Assembly (NCBI GenBank): GCA_017649855.1
Contig: JAGCGA010000032.1
Span: 50,230 to 114,229 of the forward strand
Length of the DNA stretch: 64,000 nucleotides
Source of the DNA: Bacteroidales bacterium
GTDB lineage: Bacteria > Bacteroidota > Bacteroidia > Bacteroidales > WCHB1-69
Reading direction: 5' to 3'
Positions 1-8,936 of the stretch are shown piece after piece; position 1 is the first letter of the stretch, and each line of letters opens with the position of its first letter. The translations under genes were made by a program, and so were the position numbers. The notes beneath the pieces are model-generated. The model searched no databases and was not told the DNA's origin. It saw only the letters and a program-made list of their open reading frames with translations.

Positions 1-960
1 AGCGGCGCCTGTGGTCAGATAGAAACGGGCATTGGGCATGGTGGCCAGCACAGAGGCTGGGTAACGGTTGGAGGGCTTCTCCTCCAGTGCCAGTTGCACC
101 ATCTCGGCCTTGGCCTCACCGGCGGCAAAGATGATGGCTACGGCGTCTTTCTTGAAGCTGATGGTGTGCAACCCGATGGTGATGACGGGCCTGAAGCGCG
201 ACACCTCAATGCCGCCTAGGTCACCTGCCGAAGCAGCCTGCGTCTCGAAGTTGGTGGCCGTCAGCCGGGTGGTGGAATGGAAATCGCTCCCGCGCACATT
301 GAAGGCGATGTGCCCGTCAGGACCGATACCGCCCAAGAAGAAGCCGATGCCGCCCATGTCGATAATTTTCTGCTCATACTGGCTGCACCATTCGTCAATC
401 ATGAAGATAGAACGCTGTTGCAACACCTCTTCCGGGGTCTTGGCTTCCCGATAGCGAAGGGAGAGGTCCACCTTGTAGTCGGGAAAGATCTCCTCATAAC
501 TCTTGCCGTCAGCCAAAGGTATCTCGTCGCAGTTGATGAAGATGCCCTTGGAGGCGTCCAGGCCAAAACCTTCCACATAGAATTTCTGCACATAGTTGTA
601 GAAACTGTTGTGTTGCTTGGGACTGATAGGGTAGAACTCGTCGATCTGCACAAAGCGCAATCCGGAAAGGACGGGCTTCTCTTGCAGCAGTAAGCCGTGC
701 TCTTGCCGGAACTGGGCTCCCTGCGGGGTGTCCCATTCAGCCAATATCCGCTTGACCCAGGTGATGAAATACTCGGGAGTCTTGCCCGTAGGCAGACTGA
801 TGACACCATCGGGATTGTCGGCTGCCCACTCCAGAAAACGCAGGGCGGTCAGCAGACCTAAGGTTGGGAAATTGTCCACCGTGATGTAGGGTATGTTGGT
901 GGGGAAACGATAGTTCTTGTCTTTCAAGAAACTTTTTTCTACAGCAGAAAATTGTGTCAT
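1..960 (-). CDS. glucosamine-6-phosphate deaminase-like protein (long NagB/6PGL-fold form); N-terminal part only, runs off the left edge
   Basis: Own translation from ATG at 958-960 (MTQFSAVEKSFLKDKNYRF...) stays open to position 1. It contains GGIGPDGHIAFN, the deaminase/isomerase signature. It is absent from the ORF track because no stop lies in the window. Confidence 0.6.
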   Translation of the reverse strand, partial: MTQFSAVEKSFLKDKNYRFPTNIPYITVDNFPTLGLLTALRFLEWAADNPDGVISLPTGKTPEYFITWVKRILAEWDTPQGAQFRQEHGLLLQEKPVLSGLRFVQIDEFYPISPKQHNSFYNYVQKFYVEGFGLDASKGIFINCDEIPLADGKSYEEIFPDYKVDLSLRYREAKTPEEVLQQRSIFMIDEWCSQYEQKIIDMGGIGFFLGGIGPDGHIAFNVRGSDFHSTTRLTATNFETQAASAGDLGGIEVSRFRPVITIGLHTISFKKDAVAIIFAAGEAKAEMVQLALEEKPSNRYPASVLATMPNARFYLTTGAA

Positions 961-969
961 GTTATGATG

Positions 970-2634
970 TTATTTATATAGGAATCGTTTGATACTCTTC
1001 TTGGGTGTCTTGTCAAATTCGTCTTTCTGAAGCTCGATTTTGGAGATCTGACTGTATTTGGGCAACAGGTTGTTGATTTTTTGCAGGTTTTCTTTCATGA
1101 GTGCCACAATGCGGGAGTCGAACTCCAGGTTGCCGTCTTTGGCATAGTCGGGGAACACCAAGGCGACCAGTTTACCTTCACGTTCCACCACGACTGACTC
1201 GACCACACCCTCCATGTTGTTGAGCTTGTCTTCAATCTCTTCCGGATAGATGTTCTGGCCGGAGGCACCCAGGATCATGTTCTTGTTTCTTCCTTTGATG
1301 AAGATGTTATTGTTCTTGTCGATGAGGCCGAGGTCTCCGGTGCGCAGCCAACCGTCTTCCGTGAAGGCAGCCTTCGTGGCCTCTTCATTCTTGTAGTAGC
1401 CCATCATGACGTGCTCGCCACGGATGAGGATCTCACCCACCTCGCGGTAGGGGTCTGCCGAGTCGATCCGGATCTCATTGTTGGGCAGGATATGACCGCT
1501 TGAACGTGGCACGAAGTCTTTGATGTGACAACCGCCAATCAGAGGGCCGCATTCGGTCATGCCGTAACCCACCACCAGCGGGAAGCCGACATTCAGCAGG
1601 TTGCGCTCTACATCCTCGTTGAGGGCGGCGCCGCCCACCATGAAGTACTTCAACTCGCCGCCGAAGGCCTTCATCAACTTGTTCTTGATGACCTTCTTGA
1701 TGACTCGGTTGAAGAGGGGCACATACATGATGCTCTTGATGACCTTCTTGTCGAGTACGGGCGCCAGACTGCGTTTGTAGATTTTCTCGATGACCAGCGG
1801 GACCGTCACCACCTCGTAGGGATGCACCTCGGCGAAGGCTTTCATCAGCAGGGTAGGGGTGGGGGTCTTGGTCAGGAAGTAGATGTGGCATCCATTGGCC
1901 AGCGGATACAGGAACTCGGCCAATTGTCCGTACATGTGCGCCAAGGGAAGCATGGAGACCACCTTCCAGCCCGGTTTGTTGGGCAGGAATTTCAGTCCGG
2001 CCTCGATGTTGGAGGAGAGGCTTCGATAGGAGAGCATCACCCCTTTGGGCGCTCCCATGGACCCCGAGGTGTAGTTGATCATCAGCTGATTGTCAGGGTT
2101 GCGCACTGGGAAGCAGAACTGCTCGCAGTCCACCACCGGAATCTCAAAGTCCTCCAGCGATATGGACTCGGTGGCAGAAAAGAGGGTGGAGAAGTCGGTC
2201 AGCGAGATGATGGTCTGCAGCTGAGGGAGCATCTCCCGGATGGGGTCGCCGTCCACCAAGATGTTCTTGTAGGCTTCCTCTTCCAAAATGCCCTTCAAGA
2301 CGTAGGGGCCGATGAAGAGGGCTTTGGAGTCGGAGTGTTTGAGCAACTCCTTGATGTCGTCGCCATGAAAGTCTTGCAGGATGGAGACGATGATGCCGCC
2401 GTAGGAGGCGATGGCGAGGTAGGCGACAGCCCAGTTGGCGCAGTTTCGGCCGCAGATGGCAATCTTGTCGCCCGGCTGGATGCCGATGGTGCGGAAATAG
2501 TTGCCGATGCGCTGGACCTGTGCCGCCACGTCGCCGAAGGTGTAGCTCACATCACCGTTATAGTCGGTGAGTGCCGGCTCGTTCCATCGTGCAGGGAAGA
2601 CTTCGTTGAAATATTCAAAAAAGTGTTTGGTCAT
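970..2634 (-). CDS. AMP-dependent synthetase/ligase (long-chain fatty acid-CoA ligase type)
   Basis: 554 aa. Motifs seen: YTSGSMGAPKGV (AMP-binding), GYGMTECGP and WLRTGDLG. Confidence 0.85.
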   Translation of the reverse strand: MTKHFFEYFNEVFPARWNEPALTDYNGDVSYTFGDVAAQVQRIGNYFRTIGIQPGDKIAICGRNCANWAVAYLAIASYGGIIVSILQDFHGDDIKELLKHSDSKALFIGPYVLKGILEEEAYKNILVDGDPIREMLPQLQTIISLTDFSTLFSATESISLEDFEIPVVDCEQFCFPVRNPDNQLMINYTSGSMGAPKGVMLSYRSLSSNIEAGLKFLPNKPGWKVVSMLPLAHMYGQLAEFLYPLANGCHIYFLTKTPTPTLLMKAFAEVHPYEVVTVPLVIEKIYKRSLAPVLDKKVIKSIMYVPLFNRVIKKVIKNKLMKAFGGELKYFMVGGAALNEDVERNLLNVGFPLVVGYGMTECGPLIGGCHIKDFVPRSSGHILPNNEIRIDSADPYREVGEILIRGEHVMMGYYKNEEATKAAFTEDGWLRTGDLGLIDKNNNIFIKGRNKNMILGASGQNIYPEEIEDKLNNMEGVVESVVVEREGKLVALVFPDYAKDGNLEFDSRIVALMKENLQKINNLLPKYSQISKIELQKDEFDKTPKKSIKRFLYK

Positions 2635-2648
2635 TGTCGTGTTAAGGG

Positions 2649-3449
2649 TTACATAGGTTTGATTTTGCGGGCCAGCTTGGCGCAGAGTCCCGGGAAGAAT
2701 CGCTTGATGTGAGCCATGATGAGCTCGCCGCTGCCCACCAGCTTCTCCCTCTTTTCCTTGGCGATGGCCTTGAAGATGATGCGGGAGGCCTTCTCGGCGG
2801 TGATGCCGCCCGCCTGACCCGCGTCCATCTTGCCGTGCTGCCGTCCGTCTTTCTCTAACGAGTTGACGGATATGTTGGTCTGCACGCGCCCCGGCGTGAG
2901 GATGGTCACCCGGATGTTGTTCTTGAAGTTCTCCGCCGCGATGGTCTCGAAGAAGCCGTACAACGCGTGCTTGGCCGAGGAGTAGGCGCAGCGCAGCGGG
3001 AACCCGAAGAGCCCGGCAATGCTGGTGGTCACCGCCAACTGGCCGCCGCCCTGCTCAATCATCTTGGGCAAAACGGCTTTTGTCAGGATGACCGGCGCGT
3101 AGAAGTCGATGTCCATCACCTTGCGGATGACGGCCATGTCGGTCTCCACGGTGGTGCCGCGCTGGCTGATGCCGGCGTTGTTGTAGAACAGGTCGATGCG
3201 CCCATAGGCGTTGAGGGCGTCGTCGGCGAGTTGCGGCAAAGCATCCGTCTGCGACAGGTCGAAGGGCAGGCAGGTCACCGCCTTAGCGCCTAACTTCAGG
3301 CACTCCTCGCGCACCTGCTCCAACAGGTCGGGCTCCAACGCGGTGAGGATGAGCCGTGCACCAGCCTCGGCAAAGCGGAAGGCCACCTCCTTGCCCATGC
3401 CGGAGGAGGTGCCCGTAATCCAAACTACTTGGTCGGTATAGTCGTTCAT
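2649..3449 (-). CDS. short-chain dehydrogenase/reductase (SDR); candidate 3-keto (dehydrocapnine-type) reductase
   Basis: 266 aa. Motifs seen: TGTSSGMG (TGxxxGxG), NNAG and YSSAK (YxxxK). The role is inferred from neighbours only. Confidence 0.8.
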   Translation of the reverse strand: MNDYTDQVVWITGTSSGMGKEVAFRFAEAGARLILTALEPDLLEQVREECLKLGAKAVTCLPFDLSQTDALPQLADDALNAYGRIDLFYNNAGISQRGTTVETDMAVIRKVMDIDFYAPVILTKAVLPKMIEQGGGQLAVTTSIAGLFGFPLRCAYSSAKHALYGFFETIAAENFKNNIRVTILTPGRVQTNISVNSLEKDGRQHGKMDAGQAGGITAEKASRIIFKAIAKEKREKLVGSGELIMAHIKRFFPGLCAKLARKIKPM

Positions 3450-3536
3450 ATATTAATAGTGATTCAAAAGTGGTTGTATAATCGTCTATGGGGAGCATAA
3501 GTTTGCTTGCACAACAAAACCATTCGTCCCGTCAAA

Positions 3537-3575
3537 ACTAATAACTGTTAGCTAACAACTGCTAACGGTTAACTA
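3537..3575. repeat. GTTAR/CTAAC word tract abutting a stop codon
   Basis: The sequence is actaataactgttagctaacaactgctaacggttaactaag. It includes the 12-bp palindrome TGTTAGCTAACA (3546-3557) and GTTAAC. Confidence 0.85.
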
Positions 3576-4799
3576 AGCTTCGTCTATCATCTTCTTGAAG
3601 AAGGTGGCCCGTGCGGCTCCCTCGCCCGTGTTGAGGAGGACCAGTTCGCCATTGCGGATCTGTCCCTCTTCCAGGGCCTTGTAAAAGCCGGCGAAGCAGA
3701 CGATGGAGGCGGGTCCGAGGTAGATGCCGCGCTCGTCCTTGACAATCTTGCCGTAGTGTGCCAACTCGCTCTCCTTCACACGCAGGAAGGTGCCGCCGCT
3801 CTTGCGCACGATGGGTGCCACGATAGGGTACATGCCCGGGTTGCCGGCAGTGAGGATGGACACGAAGGTCTTGGGGTCTGCGATGATGGGGTAGTCCTTC
3901 TCATAACCTTCGGGGAATCCGGCCTCCACCGCTTTGGTCCAGGCCTGCACCATCGGGTCGCAGGTGTCTTGCTGGATCAGCAGCATGCGGGGCAGCTTGG
4001 TCTCCGGGAAGGTGGTCTGCAGATCACGGATGCCCTTGTCCAAGGCGATGGGACCCGTGCCACCCGCGACAGCCTGCATGTACACGTCGGGCATCTTGCC
4101 CAGCTGGCGCAAGTACTCGAACACCATGGTCTTCTTGGCTTCGACACGGATAGGATCGATGTTGCCCGTGGAGATGAGCACGTGGTTCTTTTCGTGGAAG
4201 TCGTTGGCCTCTTTCTTGGCGAATCCGTAGTTGCCGTCGCATACGATCACGGTCTGGCCGTAGGACTTGATGGCCTCCACGGTGTCCTCAATGGCATCGT
4301 GAGGCATGAAGACGGTGAACTTGATGCCGGCCTCGGCAAGATAGCGGGCGTAGGCGGTGGCCGTGTTGCCGGTCGAGGCTACACAGAACTCCTTCACACC
4401 GTTCTCCTTGAAGAGAGAGGCGGCCAAGGAGGCGGCAATGTCCTTGAAGGTGTTGCTGCCGCCGTTCAGGTCGTTGCGATAGACCATCACCTGGCAGTCG
4501 ATGCCGTATTTCTCTTTCGCTAACTTCTCCAAGAAATCCCACTCCTCGATGGGGATGGCTCCTTCGCCGAAGGAGACGATGTTCTTGGGGTCCATCACCG
4601 GCAGGAAGTCGAAATAATGGTAGAAGTTCTCGGGCTTGTGCTCCGGTTTGGTCAACTCCGTGATCTTGTGATAGTCTGCGGAATATACGACGTCAGCGCG
4701 CTTGCATCCGCATTTACACTGTTGGTTCTGAGAAAACCAAGTGGCAAAGTCGGGGATGACTTCGCCACATTGGGTACATTTCAGTTCGTATTTGTTCAT
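3573..4799 (-). CDS. PLP-dependent threonine-synthase-fold enzyme, cysteate synthase-like
   Basis: 408 aa. It has an N-terminal Cys cluster (CTQCGE...CKCGC) and an NTFKDIAAS PLP-lysine motif of fold-type II enzymes. Its size and context next to the alpha-oxoamine synthase also fit. Confidence 0.6.
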   Translation of the reverse strand: MNKYELKCTQCGEVIPDFATWFSQNQQCKCGCKRADVVYSADYHKITELTKPEHKPENFYHYFDFLPVMDPKNIVSFGEGAIPIEEWDFLEKLAKEKYGIDCQVMVYRNDLNGGSNTFKDIAASLAASLFKENGVKEFCVASTGNTATAYARYLAEAGIKFTVFMPHDAIEDTVEAIKSYGQTVIVCDGNYGFAKKEANDFHEKNHVLISTGNIDPIRVEAKKTMVFEYLRQLGKMPDVYMQAVAGGTGPIALDKGIRDLQTTFPETKLPRMLLIQQDTCDPMVQAWTKAVEAGFPEGYEKDYPIIADPKTFVSILTAGNPGMYPIVAPIVRKSGGTFLRVKESELAHYGKIVKDERGIYLGPASIVCFAGFYKALEEGQIRNGELVLLNTGEGAARATFFKKMIDEA

Positions 4800-4806
4800 G
4801 TAACTA

Positions 4807-4846
4807 TTATCTCTTAACGGTTATCTCTTAACGGTTATCTCTTAAC
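4807..4846. repeat. 3 x 14-bp tandem repeat TTATCTCTTAACGG
   Basis: Units lie at 4807-4820, 4821-4834 and 4835-4846 (the last truncated). They fill the 46-bp spacer between two co-directional biosynthetic genes. Confidence 0.9.
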
Positions 4847-6108
4847 TATTTGATCAGCGCCATGTCCGGCATGGGCTTGTCGTAGTCGCCCTTGGCCAGT
4901 CTCTCCTTGATGTCGCGGAAAGCGTTCAGGGTGTAATTCACGTCCTCCATGCTGTGGGCAGCGGTGGGGATGATGCGGAAGATGAGCATTCCCGGAGGGA
5001 TGACGGGGTAGGTGACGATGGAGCAGAAGATGTTGTAGTTCTCGCGGAGGTCAACGGCAATGTTGGCAGCCTGGTCCACACCGCAATACAAATGCACAGG
5101 GGTGACACATGCCTCTGCCGGCCCGATCTCGTAGCCGAGCTCGCGGAATCCTTTCTGCAGGGCGCGGGTGACTTCCCACAGATGGGCTCTGAGCTTGTCG
5201 CCCTCCTCGCTGCGAATGATCTCCAGACGTTTCAAGCAGCCGACCACGATGGGCATCGGGAGGGCTTTGGCATACATCTGGGAGCGCATGTTGTAACGCA
5301 GGAAGCTGATGATGCTCTTCTCGGAGGCCACGAAGCCGCCGACGGTGGCCATGGACTTGGCGTAGGCGCCGATATAGACGTCGATGTCGTCCATCACGCC
5401 GAAGTGTTCGGAGGTTCCTCTGCCGTGAGGTCCCATCACACCGAAGCCGTGGGCATCGTCAATGAGGATGCGGAACTGGTATTTCTTCTTGAGAGCCGCA
5501 ATCTGATCCAGGATGCCGAGGGCGCCCGTCATGCCGAACACGCCTTCGGTGATCAGCAGCACGCCGCCGTTCTGCTCGTCAGCCATCTTGCAAGCCTTGG
5601 CCAGCACCTTGTCACAGTCTTGGATGTCGTTGTGGCGGAATTTGATCTTCTTTCCGATATGCATGCGGATACCGTCGCGCAGACAGGCGTGGGCCTCTGC
5701 GTCATACACGATGACATCATGGGGGGATACGAGAGAATCGATGGTGGACATGATGCCCTGATAGCCGAAGTTGAACTCGAAGGCGGCCTCCTTGTGCTCA
5801 AACTCAGCTAACTCTCTTTCCAGTTGCTCGTGGAGGGCGGTTTGTCCGGTCATCATACGGCTGCCCATCGGGTAGGCCATGCCCCAGCGGGCAGCACCTT
5901 CCGCGTCAGCCTTGCGGATCTCGGGATGGTTGGCCAAACCGAGGTAGTTGTTGATACTCCAGCAAAGCACATCCTTGCCGTTGAAACGCATGTGCGGACC
6001 CAGCTCGCCTTCCAACTTCGGGAATGCGAAATAACCGTCTATCTTTTCACGATATTGTCCGATCGGACCACCGGATGATTCTTTGATTCTTTCGAAAATG
6101 TCTTTCAT
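4846..6108 (-). CDS. alpha-oxoamine synthase family acyltransferase (cysteate-C-fatty acyltransferase or serine palmitoyltransferase type)
   Basis: 420 aa. Motifs seen: DDAHGFGVMG and GAYAKSMATVGGF (PLP lysine), as in the AONS/KBL/SPT family. Confidence 0.8.
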   Translation of the reverse strand: MKDIFERIKESSGGPIGQYREKIDGYFAFPKLEGELGPHMRFNGKDVLCWSINNYLGLANHPEIRKADAEGAARWGMAYPMGSRMMTGQTALHEQLERELAEFEHKEAAFEFNFGYQGIMSTIDSLVSPHDVIVYDAEAHACLRDGIRMHIGKKIKFRHNDIQDCDKVLAKACKMADEQNGGVLLITEGVFGMTGALGILDQIAALKKKYQFRILIDDAHGFGVMGPHGRGTSEHFGVMDDIDVYIGAYAKSMATVGGFVASEKSIISFLRYNMRSQMYAKALPMPIVVGCLKRLEIIRSEEGDKLRAHLWEVTRALQKGFRELGYEIGPAEACVTPVHLYCGVDQAANIAVDLRENYNIFCSIVTYPVIPPGMLIFRIIPTAAHSMEDVNYTLNAFRDIKERLAKGDYDKPMPDMALIK

Positions 6109-6134
6109 AAGATTGGTATAATTATGGGTTAATA

Positions 6135-7640
6135 TTAATTTTTTCCTTCTTCCGCCTTCCGCTGCTCTATCTTTTCATACTCCTCGAAGAACTGCGGCAG
6201 GTTGAACATGTCGATACGCTTGTTCAAGATAATCCGATGGTCTTTGTTGTCCATCACATACATGGCTGGGTTTCCGGTCTCGTAAATGCCGAAGTAGTCC
6301 AGATAGTCCATGTTGCCTTTGTTTCCCCCTACGTTGATCCAGGGGTAGTTGTTCTCTTTTACATACTTCTTCCAAACGTTCAGATCGGCATTGTCACCGA
6401 TGGCATACACGTCGAAGTTGCGCCGACCGATGCGCTCCAAAGAGTCATACACCTGGCGGAGGTTTTTGGACTCCTTCTTGCAGGTCGGGCAGGTCGGATC
6501 ATAGAACCAAAGGACGGTGTATGGTTTGTTGGAACGGTAGGAGGATTTCCAATCGGCCGGGTTGTCCGACATGTTGGTGTCCGGGATGATGAGCTCCGGA
6601 GCGATCTTGCCAATCAAGGTGGGTTCTAACCGATTCACCCGCTTCTGGTATTTGGCCAGGATGTCCTCATCCAGCCAGTAACACTTGCCAGCCAACTGGT
6701 TGGTCTTGGCAATGTGACAGAAAACGGCGTCGTGACCGATGATTTTGTCGGTCTCGAAATTATAGGAGAGCCAATCCACACAATAGTGGTACATCAGGGT
6801 GTCCTTCTCTGTTTTCGCTAAAAACAGGTCGATGTATTTGTTGAGGGTGTCGGCTTCTGTGTGATAGATGAAATTCAGGAAGTAGTCCTTTAACTTTGGC
6901 TCAAAGGAGGGGATGTAGATGAATCGATGGTCGGCCAAGTCCACGTTGTCCCAATAGTGGTTCTTGTAGTAGTAGTTCTGCGCCACGCGGTCAATCTCCC
7001 CAGTCTCTGTTTTGAACTCCGGCACATCGACGGCTTGGTAAGACTTCTGCATCTTGGAGAAAAGATAGTTGGGATGCTTGGCGATGATCTCGTCGTTGAT
7101 GAAGTGCATCATCTCGTCGTTGAGGCTGACAAGCTTTTGCTGGTAGTAGTCGGCACTGTCTTTCAGCCCGCTTTCTTCGAAGGCTTTGCGCTTCTTTCCC
7201 CAGTCGCTGGCCAACCTCTGGGCCTGGGTGGTCTTGCGCTGGAACTTCAGCATCTCCTCGTTCTCCGGGGAGTTCTTGGTGTAGAAGTTGTCCACATTGC
7301 CCGTGGTGTCCAGATAGTATTCAAAAAACTGGTTATTGTCGATGATAAAGTTGAGGTACAACTTCTTCTTCTCCGAAACCAAGGAATACATGCCATCATC
7401 GTAGGGCTTCTCTCCCTTGAACACAAATAGCCCGGGGGAAACCGGCGGCAGAGAGTCCTTGATGATCAGCTTGTCGTTGTAGTGGATGACCAGATACAGC
7501 AGTTTGTCAGGCGAGTCTTTGATGTGGAAAATAAGCTCGTGACCTTTTTTCGGTACGACATTTTTGCCTCTCTGAGCTTGGAGCTGGCTCAGTGAGAGTA
7601 CCATGATGAAACCTACGAATAAAAGTATCAGTTTTCTCAT
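6135..7640 (-). CDS. thioredoxin-fold (TlpA/AhpC-like) secreted thiol-disulfide oxidoreductase
   Basis: 501 aa. It has a signal peptide (MRKLILLFVGFIMVLSLSQLQAQ) and a WFYDPTCPTCKKE CxxC motif in the C-terminal domain. Confidence 0.75.
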   Translation of the reverse strand: MRKLILLFVGFIMVLSLSQLQAQRGKNVVPKKGHELIFHIKDSPDKLLYLVIHYNDKLIIKDSLPPVSPGLFVFKGEKPYDDGMYSLVSEKKKLYLNFIIDNNQFFEYYLDTTGNVDNFYTKNSPENEEMLKFQRKTTQAQRLASDWGKKRKAFEESGLKDSADYYQQKLVSLNDEMMHFINDEIIAKHPNYLFSKMQKSYQAVDVPEFKTETGEIDRVAQNYYYKNHYWDNVDLADHRFIYIPSFEPKLKDYFLNFIYHTEADTLNKYIDLFLAKTEKDTLMYHYCVDWLSYNFETDKIIGHDAVFCHIAKTNQLAGKCYWLDEDILAKYQKRVNRLEPTLIGKIAPELIIPDTNMSDNPADWKSSYRSNKPYTVLWFYDPTCPTCKKESKNLRQVYDSLERIGRRNFDVYAIGDNADLNVWKKYVKENNYPWINVGGNKGNMDYLDYFGIYETGNPAMYVMDNKDHRIILNKRIDMFNLPQFFEEYEKIEQRKAEEGKN

Positions 7641-7646
7641 AATCTA

Positions 7647-8936
7647 TCAGTTCTTGGGATGCTGTTTAAAAAAAGTTTCAAGTTCTTCTAACGTAATTTG
7701 CCGTTCGATTATTGCAGAGGTTTGGTTGTCTATCAAGAAAATGACCGGTGTGGTCATGATGTCAAAATACTCGATGAAGTCGAGGTTGGCCTCGCCCATG
7801 GAGGTGCTCAGGTTGATCCAGTCCCATAGTTGGTGTTCGTCGGAGAAGATTTTCCATCGTTCGAAATCTTCGTTGACCTCCACGGCGAATACCTCGAAGT
7901 CGGCGATGGTGTCCATCCGTTGGTACATCTCGTGCAGTTGCGGGGTCATCACCTGGCAGTGGTCGCAGTCGGGATCCCAAAACCAGAGCACGGTGTAGCG
8001 GGTGTCGATGTCCTTGGTGGAGTGGGCCTTGCCTTCGATGTCATGGGAGACGAGCTCCGGAATCTTGGCGCCGGGGATGATCTTCCGGGCGCGATCCATC
8101 TTGCGCCACACCAGGCGGGCGCGGTCCTCCCGAATCCAGTCATGGCCGACATCGTCGTAAAGATGCACCAATAATGGATCGTAGTAGGGGTCTCTCAGGT
8201 CTTCTATGGTGGTGAAGATGAATTCGGTGAGGGAATTTAAGGTGGCGCAGTCGCAATGGCTCAGCACGGTGTCCACCACAGCCCATTTCTCTTCCAGGGA
8301 GACGTCGTAGTCGGACAGGTACTCGGCAATGGTTCGGAAGAGGTATGGGGAGACATGCAGCGAGTAGGCGCGATGCAGGTCGTAATAGCGCAGCCATTTT
8401 GAGAAGAAGGAGATGTCCACCGTCTGCTTGAGCTGGGAAAAGTAGAGAATGGCCTTGATGTGGTTGAAGTAGAAGTCGGGAGAGGTCTCCAAGGCCACCT
8501 CAAGATCCTGTGGGAAGACATGTCCGGTGTTCAGTTGCTGGATGAAGCGATGCAGTTCTACGGTGTTCTCCCCGTCCTTGTTTCCCAACACGGTGACACC
8601 CTCTTGGGCATTCGACGGCCAGATGAGAGTGAAGGTGCCTTCGTCGGAGATAAGATCGACAGGGCAGCGGAAGCGGTGGTCTTCGCTGACGATGGTGTAT
8701 ATGCCTTGGGGCACCCAGCGCCTTTTGCTTTTGAACTTGGCGGTGCCCTTCTTGATGACAGCGCTGTCGATGAGCTGGTAGGTGTCCAGATAAGTGCCCC
8801 GCAGGTAGGCTTTCCCCTCAAACGGGAGGTTCTTGACCGTGATGTTGTAGCGGGAGAACCCCTCGACACACTGGGCGTGCAGGGATCCCAACACGCCAAA
8901 GAGCAGGAGGCCGGTGATCAATAGGATCTTTTTCAT
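7647..8936 (-). CDS. thioredoxin-fold (TlpA-like) secreted protein, paralog of the previous gene
   Basis: The start is moved to MKKILLITGLLLFGVLGSLHAQ (ATG 8934-8936), which overlaps the glmM stop as ATGA. It has a WFWDPDCDHCQ CxxC motif. Confidence 0.75.
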   Translation of the reverse strand: MKKILLITGLLLFGVLGSLHAQCVEGFSRYNITVKNLPFEGKAYLRGTYLDTYQLIDSAVIKKGTAKFKSKRRWVPQGIYTIVSEDHRFRCPVDLISDEGTFTLIWPSNAQEGVTVLGNKDGENTVELHRFIQQLNTGHVFPQDLEVALETSPDFYFNHIKAILYFSQLKQTVDISFFSKWLRYYDLHRAYSLHVSPYLFRTIAEYLSDYDVSLEEKWAVVDTVLSHCDCATLNSLTEFIFTTIEDLRDPYYDPLLVHLYDDVGHDWIREDRARLVWRKMDRARKIIPGAKIPELVSHDIEGKAHSTKDIDTRYTVLWFWDPDCDHCQVMTPQLHEMYQRMDTIADFEVFAVEVNEDFERWKIFSDEHQLWDWINLSTSMGEANLDFIEYFDIMTTPVIFLIDNQTSAIIERQITLEELETFFKQHPKN

